Assembly: GCA_900617105.1 (NCBI GenBank)
Contig: UYFQ01000317.1
Coordinates: forward strand, 1-43,082
Length of the DNA: 43,082 nt
Origin: Hydrurus foetidus
Lineage: Eukaryota
Direction: 5' to 3'
Positions 1 through 11,390 of this stretch are shown here, piece by piece; positions within the stretch are counted from its first letter, which is position 1; every line of letters starts with the position of its first letter. The notes beneath the pieces are model-generated. The model saw only the letters and a list, made by a program, of their open reading frames with translations. It ran no database searches and had not been told where the DNA came from. The translations under genes and the position numbers were made by a program.

Positions 1-351
1 AAGTTCTTGGGCGTAGCTCCAGCAAGAATTCGACTCCACCAGATGTCGTGAGTAATAATACTCAGGTGGTGGAAGTCTTAACTAAAGTTGGGACGAGTAG
101 GGGAATTAGAGGCAGCAGAAATTTCCCGAGGATAATAGCGCTATTGTGGTCGGGCAAATGGAGAAAGGGGGCGAGAGGATGTAGGCTTAGTTACAGGAGT
201 CTAGGCTAGAAGCTAGTTAACTTCTAAGTGGACGCTGCAGATGGCTACGACGATACTACAGCCTAACTGTAGTGTACAGTAGTAGTACCCGATAGGATCC
301 GGTAGAGTCGGTACCCGGTAGGATCGGGACCCTGGACCCGGTACTATCACA
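1..351 (-). mobile_element. Probable 5' LTR (~180-351) plus start of leader of a second LTR retroelement inserted downstream of the protease domain of the left Ty3/Gypsy-like element; runs off the window
   Basis: Minus strand TGTGATAG at 351 to ...TGTAACTAAGCCTACA at 180 (TG..CA ends). The following pyrimidine-rich leader shares GACCACAATA(g/t)CG(c/a)TAT with the leader of the right-hand element (40889-40905). The protease ORF loses pol-like character near 351. Partner LTR and TSD not visible. Confidence 0.5.
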
Positions 352-881
352 CTATGACCAGAATGAAGACGTGCCAATCCACTTTTCTCGCCCTCACGTA
401 TGGACGGAATGCCCTCCGCAGCTAATAAAACTTCCATTCTTTCGAATGAGTTTATCACATTAGGCATCCCGATTTCAAAAGGGGTTAAAGTGAAGAAATC
501 ATAACTCCTAAGAGTTGGTCGACCCAAAACTAAATCGATGGTGTTAGGAATAATCCTTACTGTTAAAAATATCGTTTTAATTAACAGAGTGTTTGTGACA
601 AAAATCATGCCTGTATCGATTACTTGGTCTCTAATATAACAAGTGTTATCGAGACCAGAACATATAGTGAGTGGGTTATTAGATATGTAAACAAAATCAT
701 CTCCGTGAATGTTATGTACAAAAGTCTGACTAATAAAGTCGCCGGGGAGGCTCCCGGTATCCAGGAGAATCTTCGCCAGAACCCTTTGGGGCCTATGGCT
801 TTGGGGTAGTTGGTGGGGTACGTATGGGTTGTGACCCTGGCCCCATTCCTGACTCTGCTTAGCTGATTTACAAAAATCCAA
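352..881 (-). pseudogene. Retrotransposon aspartic protease (start of pol), interrupted at ~351
   Basis: LAKILLDTGSLPGDFIS...ICSGLDNTCY...DLVLGRPTLR, homologous to VFTLLDTGSFAGNFI...VCSGLDNHCY...DLIVGRKTIR at 42470-42790. Confidence 0.8.
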
Positions 882-927
882 GCAGACAAAAAATTAGAAT
901 CAATGTCTATTTTAGTCAGAGATGCTG

Positions 928-3011
928 CTAGGATAGCAGATTGGTGCAAAGGATTACCTTGTTTTTGTTTCTGCGGTTCTCCGCGTGTTGGGCATTTGTA
1001 GCGGGGTCGTGCGCCGGGGGCTGCGTACCCTCGAAACGAGTTCGCTTGAACTGATTCTTGGGTGGGTATAGCATACCCACTTTGAATTCAGACTGAGGTC
1101 TGTTCAGGTGTTGGGTCTCGTACCCTGGAAGTTTGACTCCCGCATCATAGGCTTGGAACCCATGGTGAAGCCACAGGTGACCCATCGTGGAGTCCTTCCA
1201 TAGCAGATGGAGTTCATTGTTGGCGTCTGAAAAGAACAGAGCCGGACAGTCTCGGACCTCATGTCCGGCATGTCCACACGAGCGACATGGTGGAGGTGGC
1301 GGTTGGGGCCGCATCTGGACCGGAGGGTCATTTGATGTTCTCCTTGCCAAGGGAGCGGTAGCTTGCATCGTTTGCATAGGTTGAGCAGGGGGAGGGAGAG
1401 GCAGTGCTGCTAGTGCTGATTTAGCATAGACAGCAGCAGAGAATGATCTCTGTTCAGGTATGATCATCTGTTGTGCTTTTGGTACCTGGGTTACTCGCTC
1501 ATCATAGCGGCTCTCTCTCGAAGAGTAAGAGTGTCTCCCAACGGGGTCACCGTAGTTAGCGACTTCTTTGAGAAGCTTACGTACGTGTCCGATGCACGTT
1601 CCAAAACGGATGAATGCAGACTCCCAGGTCTCATTCGCAATGGGTTTACCATTGTTACCCTTCACCCTGAAATAATCGTTTTTTAGTTGACTATCAGGTT
1701 TGAGTTTTTTCTCAATCGTTACTATCAGTGCAGCATGCTGCTCTGGAGTGATTGGTTGGGTGTTCTCGTAAGTCGCTGTAAGCGACTTGAGCTTCATGAA
1801 AGTTTCCCTCTCGTAGGTCTCATTCGTGAAAGAAAAATTAATTTCAATTGACGCGAAGTTCTCTACGAGGGTCCGACCCACATCATTTTTGTCGCCAAAA
1901 TATTTGGTTATGATGGTCGCAGCCTGTTTGACTGTAACATGGTTATACCATGTGGAAAACTTATCTTTGGGGAGTGTAGTAAACTCTGGGTCGCTTGCAA
2001 AAGCGTATTGTATGACATAGGTCGCGGGGTCGACGACGACCTGGTGCGTAAAAAGTTGTCATGCCATTGATTGGCTTGATTTTGAAACTTCGCAGCTTGT
2101 TCTCCCGTAATGTTCGGGGTATCAATGATAAACAGCGGTTTCTGGAGGTTTAATCCACCGGTAATGCTCTGTTTAAAAGCACTTGCAACCTGCTCCATAT
2201 TGTACTGAGGAGTACGGAGTGGAACATCGACTACGATGGGAACGAGGGTTGACTGCCGCACGTTTTCGATAATCGGGGCGACTGTACTTTCGCCAGCTTC
2301 GCCACGCATCGATGCCTGTTGACACAGTTCAGGTAAGGTCAAGGGCCTATCGGGGTTACTAGTGCTACTAGAGCTACTAGACGAGTTACTCGGGCTCGAT
2401 TTACTCGGAGAGTTCTCGATATCACTCTCTTCAGAGTAATCGTAATTGTCTCGTGGTATTTCTCCACCATCTTCCAAGTCAGGTAGCCCATGACGGTGTG
2501 AATTGGAAGGAACGGCGTCAATTTCCATTGACTCCTCTCCGGTCTCATACGGAGTCTCTGCTAAATAATCAGCAGGTAAATTTGACATCAGCTCCAAATT
2601 TGAATTTGAGGGTTCTCGCTGTGTAAGCGGTATTGTTTGGTCTCTTTGCGGAACAGAAGCACGTCGCAAAGGCTGTATAGGTGATTTCTTCACCATGAAT
2701 TGGGGGTATCTACGAGATAATTCGACTCGTGAAGTCGAAAATATATTCGGGTCTGTTTCGTATGGAAACAGCGATTCCACCAACTCGTCAAGCGAGGATT
2801 CAAGCTCAGCGAGATGCACTCTCGGAATGTTTTTGCAACCAAGTAGATTGCTTGGGTTTGAGGTGGTTGGAATTACCATCGGGAACGTCGACGTATAAGT
2901 CGGTGTAGAAAGAGAATTAAAATCAGATGAAACAGACAAGAAATCGTGGGTTTCAAGCAAATTTTGCAAGGCTTCTGGGGGAAACCTTGGTATACAGCGT
3001 AGCGAGCTCAA
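928..3011 (-). pseudogene. Gag polyprotein with CCHC zinc knuckle, split by a frameshift near 2050
   Basis: ORFs 1908-3011 and 928-1881. The second frame is open upstream to ~2050 (QVVVDPATYVIQYAFASDPEF...KYFGDKNDVGRTL), implying a 1-nt indel in a T run. CX2CX4HX4C knuckle near 1250-1290. Confidence 0.75.
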
Positions 3012-3468
3012 AAGAACTCGCTGAACAACTGGTCTAGGCTTAAAAGCCGATCTTCTATGCTGAAAAGCAGAAGCTACCGAGTTAACTCGGGGGTTGTGTT
3101 GGTGTGTGGAGTGAGAAGATTGGGGGTTAGAGGCGACTAGATGCGATGAACTCGCTACTGCTCGGCTAACTACTTGAGGAAAACCAACGGACGATGGATT
3201 TCTCGAAGTAGGAGTCGAGGGTACGATGGATTGCTGCGACGGAGAGTTGTCTGGCGGACGATTCGGGTCGTCGTCGGCCCAAGTATTCTCCGGAGTTGGG
3301 CAGCGATTCTCGATTTCCTCGCGGATAGCACGAAGTTCGGCCAGAAATAAACGATCACGAAGGAGTGGGACTTCGTGGAAGCCCTCCAGTGGAGCGATAC
3401 GATGGTTTCTGGGCGGTGATGGATGAAAAGGACGATGGCAACTACGAAAACGACGGTGGAAACTACGA

Positions 3469-3728
3469 TGTAATGGCTGAGTGACGTCACTGTGGCCTAG
3501 AAGGGTCTAGGTTAGGATGGGGAAAGGTCTTGCTTAGGTTAGGTACGTTAGGAAAACAACTGGCAAACGCTAGGAACCGTCCTATGCATGGCTAGAAGTC
3601 TACCTAGAAGTCTACGGAGTTTAGGTGTACCTAGAGACGGAATCGGGTCCAAGGTCCCTAGGACCCCAGACGGCTACAGTTCTACCATGAAAACCATGGT
3701 GGAGTACTCCTCCTAAAGGACATTAACA
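3469..3728 (-). repeat. Putative 5' LTR (~260 bp) of the left retrotransposon
   Basis: Minus strand begins TGTTAATG (3728) and ends CATTACA (3469): TG..CA ends with an imperfect terminal inverted repeat, upstream of gag. No second copy in the window. Confidence 0.55.
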
Positions 3729-3778
3729 TCAATATCTCCTTTCTGAGTTAATTTTGTTTCTTCTATCGACGTGATAAA

Positions 3779-5908
3779 ATGTCTACTGAAGTGCCTGATA
3801 TCTTCCAGCCGCGAGTTTTACGCGAAAAAGTTTTAACAGGAATTTATCGAAGCATTTGCTCACTGTCTCTGAGAAGACTTTCCTCGGCTCTGAAACAGCA
3901 CAACTGTCTAAACTAATGGCATGGGATACAGGACCGACTTCAATAGTAAACAAAGCATGCAGGAGGTACCAGCTTCCGTACTCGACGGTTCAAAATTGGA
4001 TGAAGAAAGTCCAGCGTGGACAGCCAATTGTTAACACAATTGGCAGACCAGTGTCGGTGGACAAAATCGCCTCGGAAAGTTTCGTCAAAACGCTAATGGA
4101 CCGTCGAGCAGCGAAAGATGCAGTACAATTTGCCGAGACACTCACTCTGTTGGGCCAGGCAGTAACGGATACGAAATGAAGACAGGGCAAACGCGGTCTT
4201 GATGCGATGTCGACAATCTGTGTCACAACGCAAAAAATGCTCTACAAAAAGTACAATGTAGTTGCGGGTAAGCCGCAGATACTTACGGATGCTAGAATGA
4301 AGGCATGTAAATGCCCCCGACTAATATATATGGGGCTGTGTATATGCCGAAAACAAGTGGAGCGCGGACGCGACAACGATCATTATAAGTATGAACAATA
4401 TGTGACCCAAAAGATGAGAGTCCAGTTGCTTCGTCTTCCATACCTGACACACTAAACCTTCTCGTCAAATGGTTCGGATTAAATTATGCTGGTGGCGAGT
4501 CCGGGCCGCTAGTTCTTGTATTCTCGATACTTACGATGGCAGAGAACACGTTCTTCGCGGCGCAAGTTACTTCAATGTCTTCAACTACGACAATAGGTGA
4601 CAGTGGTTGGGTATATATTGCTAAAACTCGAGGTGGCTGCCACATTATGTGGATCCACTACTAATTACATATTACAGTTCCGACGAGCAGACTATCCAAT
4701 ACCATTAACATGCATATGGTAAGTAGCAAATCTCACTAACAAACCACTCACGTGTACCGCCTACTGATATTACCATAAGAATTTTGCTCACCATTACATT
4801 GCTCACCATAAGAATTTTGATGGGACGCCAATGAGGAATTTCTACAGCCAAGTTAGAGAAGCCGAGATTCTTATTCCAGCTATGGATGCGAGTGTGCAGT
4901 TAGCATTCCAAGATATCATTACTGATTTCGTAAAAGGTCCTCCTTCGGCAACAGGAATACATCAATCATGGGATCGAAACACGAGCTTCAGGGGTATTGA
5001 GACTGTGACAAAAAATGGTATTGATACATCAAACGCTGCACTCGCTCGAAATGTAAAATGTGTCATAGCACAATTAAAAGTGAAGCACCCAGAGATAACG
5101 CTGTCAAGTGCAAATGAGTCCAAAATGATCAAAGCAATCGAGACTCTTACATACGTGCAGAAGAATGGGTACGTTCAGCCACGCAAGCATGTGATGGGCT
5201 TCGAGGTTAGTGTCCCATTAAATATAATGTGATGTGCATTTCGAGAATTAATTGTTCTCCTATTGACGTCTAGGTTTGTGGACAACATTGCAAATCACCT
5301 GTTGCCAGGCGTCGTGTTGTAGGATTTGATGAAAGCACGGTCGAGACTGTGATGGCACAGTGCTATTCTGAAATCCCAGAGGAGGCGATTGATGACATGT
5401 TCCTACATGCACCAGAGTTTATCGCTAGAGTGAGGTCACACGGTTCGGTAACAGATATATTCCTTGACGAGCTTGGCATAATTAATCTCCCCGAAGAAGC
5501 ACATATCAACAGAGATGCCTTGGTGACATGGCAGTAACATGCACACGTAAGAGTCCCACTGACTCGAGAGCCAAGTTCGTCGACTATTTGCAGATGCGCG
5601 ACAGAAATAATCCAGCTCTCCAGCTACAACTCAAAGCAAACGAGAAGGCTGCAAAGTTACTGATGCGAGAGACTGCCGCGAGAGAAAAGGCGGAAGTCGC
5701 TGCAAGAGACAAAGCAACAAGAGAATCCCAAAAGGCAGCCGAAAGAGAAAGACGTCGAAGACTTGGCCCCGCTGAGAAGAAAGCTGAGATCGCCGAGAGA
5801 GAGCTTAAAAATGCACGGCATAAGGCTGCACTGCTTCTACAGAATGATGTGGGGGAACAAGATGCGGCGATAGCTGCACAGGAGGAGATCCTTGATGACC
5901 AAGAGTAG
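3779..5908 (+). pseudogene. Degenerate pogo/Tc1-mariner-like (DDE_1-type) transposase with N-terminal HTH, intron-containing
   Basis: HTH-like ACRRYQLPYSTVQNW then GRP; KWSADAT (~4355, WNxDET-like); KGPPSATGIHQSWD (LPPxTTxxxQPxD-like). Several in-frame stops and frameshifts. GT-AG introns at ~4719-4820 and ~5207-5273. Confidence 0.6.
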
Positions 5909-6086
5909 TCTGGTCAAGTAATTAAAACTTGCTGTAATGCTGCTCAAGAAAATGAATTAGCCCCTCCACTCCAACACTTCGATCCGACTGTAATATTCTT
6001 CATCCATGTTGCATTAGCAAACGGTGCTTGCCATCAAGTCTTCCCTGGTGACAATTTCACTGTAGTCAGTGTGATGACTATTGTCG

Positions 6087-6656
6087 AGTGATTCTGCGAG
6101 AATGATGTTACATATTCCACGAGTGTACCTCCACTGCCGAAACTCAGTGGACAACGTAGAATTAAATGACACACTGCAGTTGCTGACTCCGCTGTTTTCG
6201 GACAGACAAATGTTTTTTGGGAAAATGCTTTTTGCAACCTAAAGATGAAGCCCACATAAGGTGTATGAGATAGAGGTGCGACGCTGGGCCTAAATTTGGT
6301 GCACAGTCTCCGCAACTCGTGGGGCATTCATGAGTTTACTCACTTGGCAAACGCTTGAAACGGCAGCCGAATTTTGACGTCATTGTGTCATCCTGACGTC
6401 GGGACAACTGATAAATTGTGAAGAAACTTCTCCATGGTTGATACGCATCATTTTCCGCAATTTTTTTGCGGCATCAACGCCTTTGCTAAATCACTCATGA
6501 CGGAGACGAAATCAATGTCCAGTTGGCGATTTTACAACGACTTCTACGGTCGTTATCTGCTTTGATATTTCTGTAGGGGTGTTTGTTGCGGTGGAGTCAG
6601 GAGTTGAATAATTGATAATTTTTTAAAATCTCACCACGTTTACGTTTTTCACCACG
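6087..6656 (+). repeat. ~570-bp direct repeat, copy 1 (copy 2 at 13369-13938)
   Basis: Base-by-base match at offset 7282 with 3 substitutions by manual comparison. Confidence 0.95.
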
Positions 6657-6902
6657 GGTGCGTTCGGTAAACCGAAAAAACGACGGAAAGCTTCATTTTG
6701 GACGGAAAACTTTTTTTTATCGAGGCTTCAGTTTTTTTACTTAAAAAGCTTTTCGGTAAAGTTGTTGAAGCTTCGTAACTCAAAGAAAGTAGTGGTTGGT
6801 GACGATTCATGTTTTTGATGAACTTCAGAAAATGAAGGTTTCAACGCTGCAACTTTTTACCGTTACAGCGCTCCATCACTTTCATCTGAACATACTGCTG
6901 AG

Positions 6903-7919
6903 ATGATTACGCCCGTTGCAGGCAAAACTGAAGCTTCTGTCAAATGGTTGGACGTGAACCGCAAAGTTCTCATCGACTGCATTGCCTAGCACTCAGACGG
7001 CAGATATTCCAATATGAAAAATAGTAAGACTGCGTGGAAATCAGTCGTCGTAGATTTTAAGACAAAAACAGGTCTACCATACGATAAGAAAATTCTTACG
7101 ACTCAAGTTCAAACGTTGAAAAGGAACTGGTCAACCTACGACCAGTTTGCAAATAACAGCGGGTTCGGGGTGGATGCGAAAGGTCTTGTAACAGCGGCGC
7201 CGGAGGCTTTGAATACCTATTTCGCCACGCACCCAAAGGCCGCTCATTTCGCCAACACACCGCTGCCATTTTATTCTGAACTGACCAAGCTCTTCTCGCG
7301 TAAGTAAAATAAGATGATTGAGTTTATACTGAAGAATTATTCTTAATTTATGAAACTCATGTTACGATAAAATTTCATACAGTGGATACTGCTACAGGGA
7401 TATATGCTAAGGCTCCTAATGCTTTCAAGGCCGCCGCAATTCCCGCCGTAGTCGCCGCGTCAGGCTTGTCGCAGCCGCTGGATCTCTTCTCCGCCTCTGA
7501 TAATGTGGAGGTCCTTGACGGCGCGGCCGCTGCCACGCCAGTTCGAAACTCGTCCAGCGAGTAACTATTGCCTGGCTCCAGTAGGTCCGAAGACTCGAGG
7601 ACACCTGCGTCGAAAAATGTTAGCAATGGTAGAGTGGTTAGACCTTTTGTGAGGACACCTAAAGCACCGAGGGAGAAACCAGCAGATGCGTTTGCTTCCC
7701 TGCTCCAAGAGGTCATCAGCCACCAAAAGATTGCTTCCTCCCGAGTCCGCGGTTGCGGCTTTCAAAGCAGGACATGCCGAAGGGCTGACATCAGCTGAAG
7801 TCAGGGGGATCATTTGCCTCTTCTCAGAGAATGCCCCCTTTGTCATTCAGTTCTTATCATTTGACGAGGAGTCGAGAGACTTCATCATAGCCGAGAAGCT
7901 AACCCAGTTGGATTATTGA
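6903..7919 (+). pseudogene. Myb/SANT-like DNA-binding protein of the outer PIF/Harbinger element
   Basis: VKW..LIDC..KTAWKSV..FKTKTG.YDKK.L..LKRNW..NSGFG..HPKAAHF..PLPFYSELTKLF, intron 7300-7382, then DTATGIYA. In-frame TAG 6987-6989 and TAA 7562-7564; frameshift ~7730; TGA at 7919. Confidence 0.85.
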
Positions 7920-8106
7920 TACTTACCTATATGAATCTCTTGTACCATACCCCCCTCATTTTTTTCAAATTAATAAACGAATCTTCTATTTTTTAATTTA
8001 TTAGAACTTTCTTGGGGGGACCGTAGTATACGGAAACGTATCCATCATTTTTAAGGGAATTAGCAGCTAATTCTCTACAGTACAACAGTAAAACACGATT
8101 GAAGAC

Positions 8107-9198
8107 TCACTTCGTTAATGCAATAAGTGATCTAATTATCATTATAATAGAAATCATGTAATCAACATGATTACCGTTTACAACCTCTTCTTCTTGATAG
8201 AACTCATCCTCATACAGCTGATTCTTACGAATAAAATTGTGAACTAGAAAGAAACAGTGAACAATATCACACTGAAACTCAAATTCGTAAGGGCTCATTT
8301 TAATCAACACAGGGAACCTACGTTTCAGAACACCATACATTCTTTCAATAACATTTCTTAATGATGAATGCCTAAGATTAAATAGTTCTTCTGCATTTTG
8401 AGGCCCATTTACATCATACTCTCGTAGGTGATATCTAACACCACGATATGGAGTTAAAACATTTTCACTGAGGCCATATCCAGCATCGCCTAAATAATAC
8501 TTACCAGGAATAATAGGGAAACCTTTGTCTTTTGAATCATCAAAAACACGACTATCGTGAGCCGATCCTTCCCAACCGCACAAAGCATATGCGAAAGTTA
8601 AGTCAAAGTTAGCCACACCGAGTACATTTTGAGATATAAACTTTTTCCGATTTCGGAAAGCCTCTTGGTCTGCAATAGGAACGCGGGCATGTATATAAGT
8701 CCCATCCAAAGCTCCAAGGCAGTTGTCAAAAAAAGGAGAGAATTTTGCAACATTGCTTATTTCTGGTGGCGTTGGGCCACCAACCATTGTGGGCTAAAAT
8801 ATGATAGTACTACACCGTTTTAAGTCGTCACTAGTTTCGTGAACAACTTTGGAAATAGTTGCTGAACTGTGCTGCCATCTTTCTCTAATTTGACGGACGG
8901 TGTAACCCCGAAAAACTTGGATTAAAATCATGAGTTTCTGGCCATTACAAATATACAACGAATTCAAAAGTCCCCCAGTCTCAGATAGAAATAATTGGAA
9001 CTTCAAGAAAGTCGCACCGTCCATTCTTGCAACCTCATGGAATCGATGGACATTGTGCGTCTGCATGATCTCGTCGAAATACATCTATCCAGTCAATGCA
9101 GAAGTATGCTGTAGCACAGGAATGGGAACTGCATTGTGCAAAACTCCAAGCACAGCTGCAACAACAAGAACGACATCAATGCCACCAGCGTTTTCCAT
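8107..9198 (-). pseudogene. PIF/Harbinger (HARBI1-like, DDE_Tnp_4-type) transposase with two in-frame TAG stops
   Basis: HTSALTG, RWQHSSATISK, NCLGALDGTYI, GWEGSAHDSRV, YYLGDAGY, FNLRHSSLRNVIERMYGVLKRRF. Stops at 9085-9087 and 8794-8796; one frame from the ATG at 9198. Confidence 0.9.
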
Positions 9199-9766
9199 GA
9201 TGTTGGGATATGGTGATAGTTGTGCAATACAGAGATGTTGATGATAAATTGGAAATTGGTCTAACTAAAGGGTATGCAACGGTCGTTTCGTGTTCTGTAC
9301 GTCGTCCGACATCAAGACCCCCCCCACCCCATTTCTGTCCCCCCAAATTTTGGACCCCCCAAAAAAAAGAAAACCGTTCGGTAAAAAGATTTTGGGAAAA
9401 AAATACGATTTTTGAAAGTTGAATCCGGGGGTCCGATTCAACTTTCAAAAATTGTAACTTTTTGACGGAAATTTAGGCCAAACCTTATAGCGCACCGTTT
9501 ACGGATTACGGATTTTAAAAAACTCGTAATCGGAAAATCGTTTTCGTAATCGGTACTGTGCAAGCCCTTATAAGGATTACGGAATCGTAATCCTAATATC
9601 TGTAATCGAAAATACGTTTTGGTATTCTGTAGCCCTTATAAGGATTACGGATCACATATTTTTGGATTACTTGTTTCTTGAAGTACTAATTAAACTTGGT
9701 TAGTCACTCCTCCACACAATTTAATCACAGCAATATCTTCGCTAAAAGTTAATTTCGACCGTAGAA

Positions 9767-11197
9767 ATGTTAAACCAACTTAATACCATTGATGATCTCA
9801 TGACTAGACTCGAGTTTCATGCTGATCAATCTGCGAAACGTCGAAAATTGCTATTCGTTGATCCCTTTGAGGTTGATGATACGAATGATGGCATAGAGAA
9901 GCTTACTATCTTCCGTGTTAGGAAGTCAGAGGCACGTCCTCTGTACGAATATTCAACGTGGGGAAGGATGCTAATGAATCCGAGAACACAAGATCCGACT
10001 GATAAGAAAGGTGGAGTTCTATTTCGCCGCCGCTTTAGGGTTCCATTCCCTGTGTTCTTAAGATTGGTTGCACTTACGAGAGAGAACAACTGGTTCACAG
10101 AAAGACCTGATGCCTCTGGTAGAAGAGGGGCTCCGCTTGAGCTCAAAATACTGGGAGTTTTACGTGTTTTGGGACGAGGATACTGCTTTGATGGGATTGA
10201 GGAACTATCATTTATCAGTGCAGAATGCAATCGGATGTTCTTTCACTCCTTCTGTTATCTGTTCTCGAAGGAGTACTTTGATGTTTACTGCAATGCACCT
10301 TTGACTGAAGCCGAGATTCAGAGAACATTAAGCGTTTACGAGAGACTGGGCTTCCCTGGATGTATTGGTAGTACCGACTGTGTTCATCTTCGGTGGGAGA
10401 GGTGTCCAGCGGGAGATCGTTCCTTACACAAAGGGAAGGAAGGTTATCCTTCAATATCCTACGAAGTTACAGTGGATCACACCTCAAAAATCATTGCTGC
10501 AACTAAAGGTTTCCCTGGGGCTAAAAACGACAAGACAATAGTCCGATTCGATGGATTTGTTTCTTCAATTCATGATGAGGAACTTTATCAAGACGTCAAA
10601 TATACATTGTGTAAAGATACGGGAGAAGAATTTACTGAAAAGGGATGTTACCTACTTGTTGACGGAGGTTATCATAAATGGCGTTGTCTTCAGTGTCCTT
10701 TGAAGCACTCTGCAATTCCCAAAGAGTCATTATGGAGTGAATGGGCTGAGTCAGTGAGGAAAGATGTGGAGTGTACCTTTGGTTCATTAAAAGGTAGATT
10801 TCGATGTTTGAAAGTCCCAATATTTTATAACACAAGAGAAGTTGTAGATAATATGTTCTTCACCTGTTGCATTATTCATAACATATTACTTACAAATGAT
10901 GGTCTGGATTCCCGATGGGAGAATGAAATTAATTATGCTGGTAGAGATGGAGATCATGCTGCAGAAGATATGTTTATTTTTCGTCAACATTTGAGTAGAG
11001 TCAAAAATTTAACACCCGACACTGATTATACCATGATGGGAGTAGATTCTATGAGACATAGATTTTCTATATATCACGGTGAAGAAATTGAAGAATATGA
11101 GAATTCTTATAGTGTATTAAATAAAAAATTGATAGATCATTTTGCTTACAAATATTCAGTCGACGAAGTGATGTGGTTAAAGAAAAAATGTGTTTAA
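9767..11197 (+). CDS. Harbinger-type DDE transposase (Plant_tran-like), 476 aa
   Basis: FRRRFRVP, GFPGCIGSTDCVHLRWERCP, GFPGAKNDKTI, YLLVDGGYHKW, ESVRKDVECTFGSLKGRF, CCIIHNIL; no stops or frameshifts. Confidence 0.92.
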   Translation: MLNQLNTIDDLMTRLEFHADQSAKRRKLLFVDPFEVDDTNDGIEKLTIFRVRKSEARPLYEYSTWGRMLMNPRTQDPTDKKGGVLFRRRFRVPFPVFLRLVALTRENNWFTERPDASGRRGAPLELKILGVLRVLGRGYCFDGIEELSFISAECNRMFFHSFCYLFSKEYFDVYCNAPLTEAEIQRTLSVYERLGFPGCIGSTDCVHLRWERCPAGDRSLHKGKEGYPSISYEVTVDHTSKIIAATKGFPGAKNDKTIVRFDGFVSSIHDEELYQDVKYTLCKDTGEEFTEKGCYLLVDGGYHKWRCLQCPLKHSAIPKESLWSEWAESVRKDVECTFGSLKGRFRCLKVPIFYNTREVVDNMFFTCCIIHNILLTNDGLDSRWENEINYAGRDGDHAAEDMFIFRQHLSRVKNLTPDTDYTMMGVDSMRHRFSIYHGEEIEEYENSYSVLNKKLIDHFAYKYSVDEVMWLKKKCV

Positions 11198-11390
11198 TAT
11201 TCAACAATTTAAAAATATTGTAATCAAAAATCAGTAAAATGATTACGAAATCTTGATTACCGAATTTAAAAAAAAATGTAATTTTAACTCCTACGTCGAC
11301 TAGTAGCTTCCTAAACCTTACTAAAGCATTAATTGATATCATGTGACATACTATTGTGAATTAAAAAATATTACTTTTTCTAAAATCCTA

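Larger units (their letters stand above)
352..3728 (-). mobile_element. Ty3/Gypsy-like LTR retrotransposon, 5' part (LTR, gag, aspartic protease), degenerate
   Basis: Gag with CCHC knuckle CRSCGHAGHEVRDC followed by retropepsin motifs ILLDTGS and DLVLGRP. Putative LTR 3469-3728. RT and integrase not in the window, so the superfamily is inferred. Confidence 0.75.

Noticed and set aside
3779..9198. Non-standard genetic code for the host genome
   Set aside because: Host genes end in TAG (19051, 34690) and TAA (33239); internal stops are confined to decayed transposons, which also have frameshifts and a TGA.
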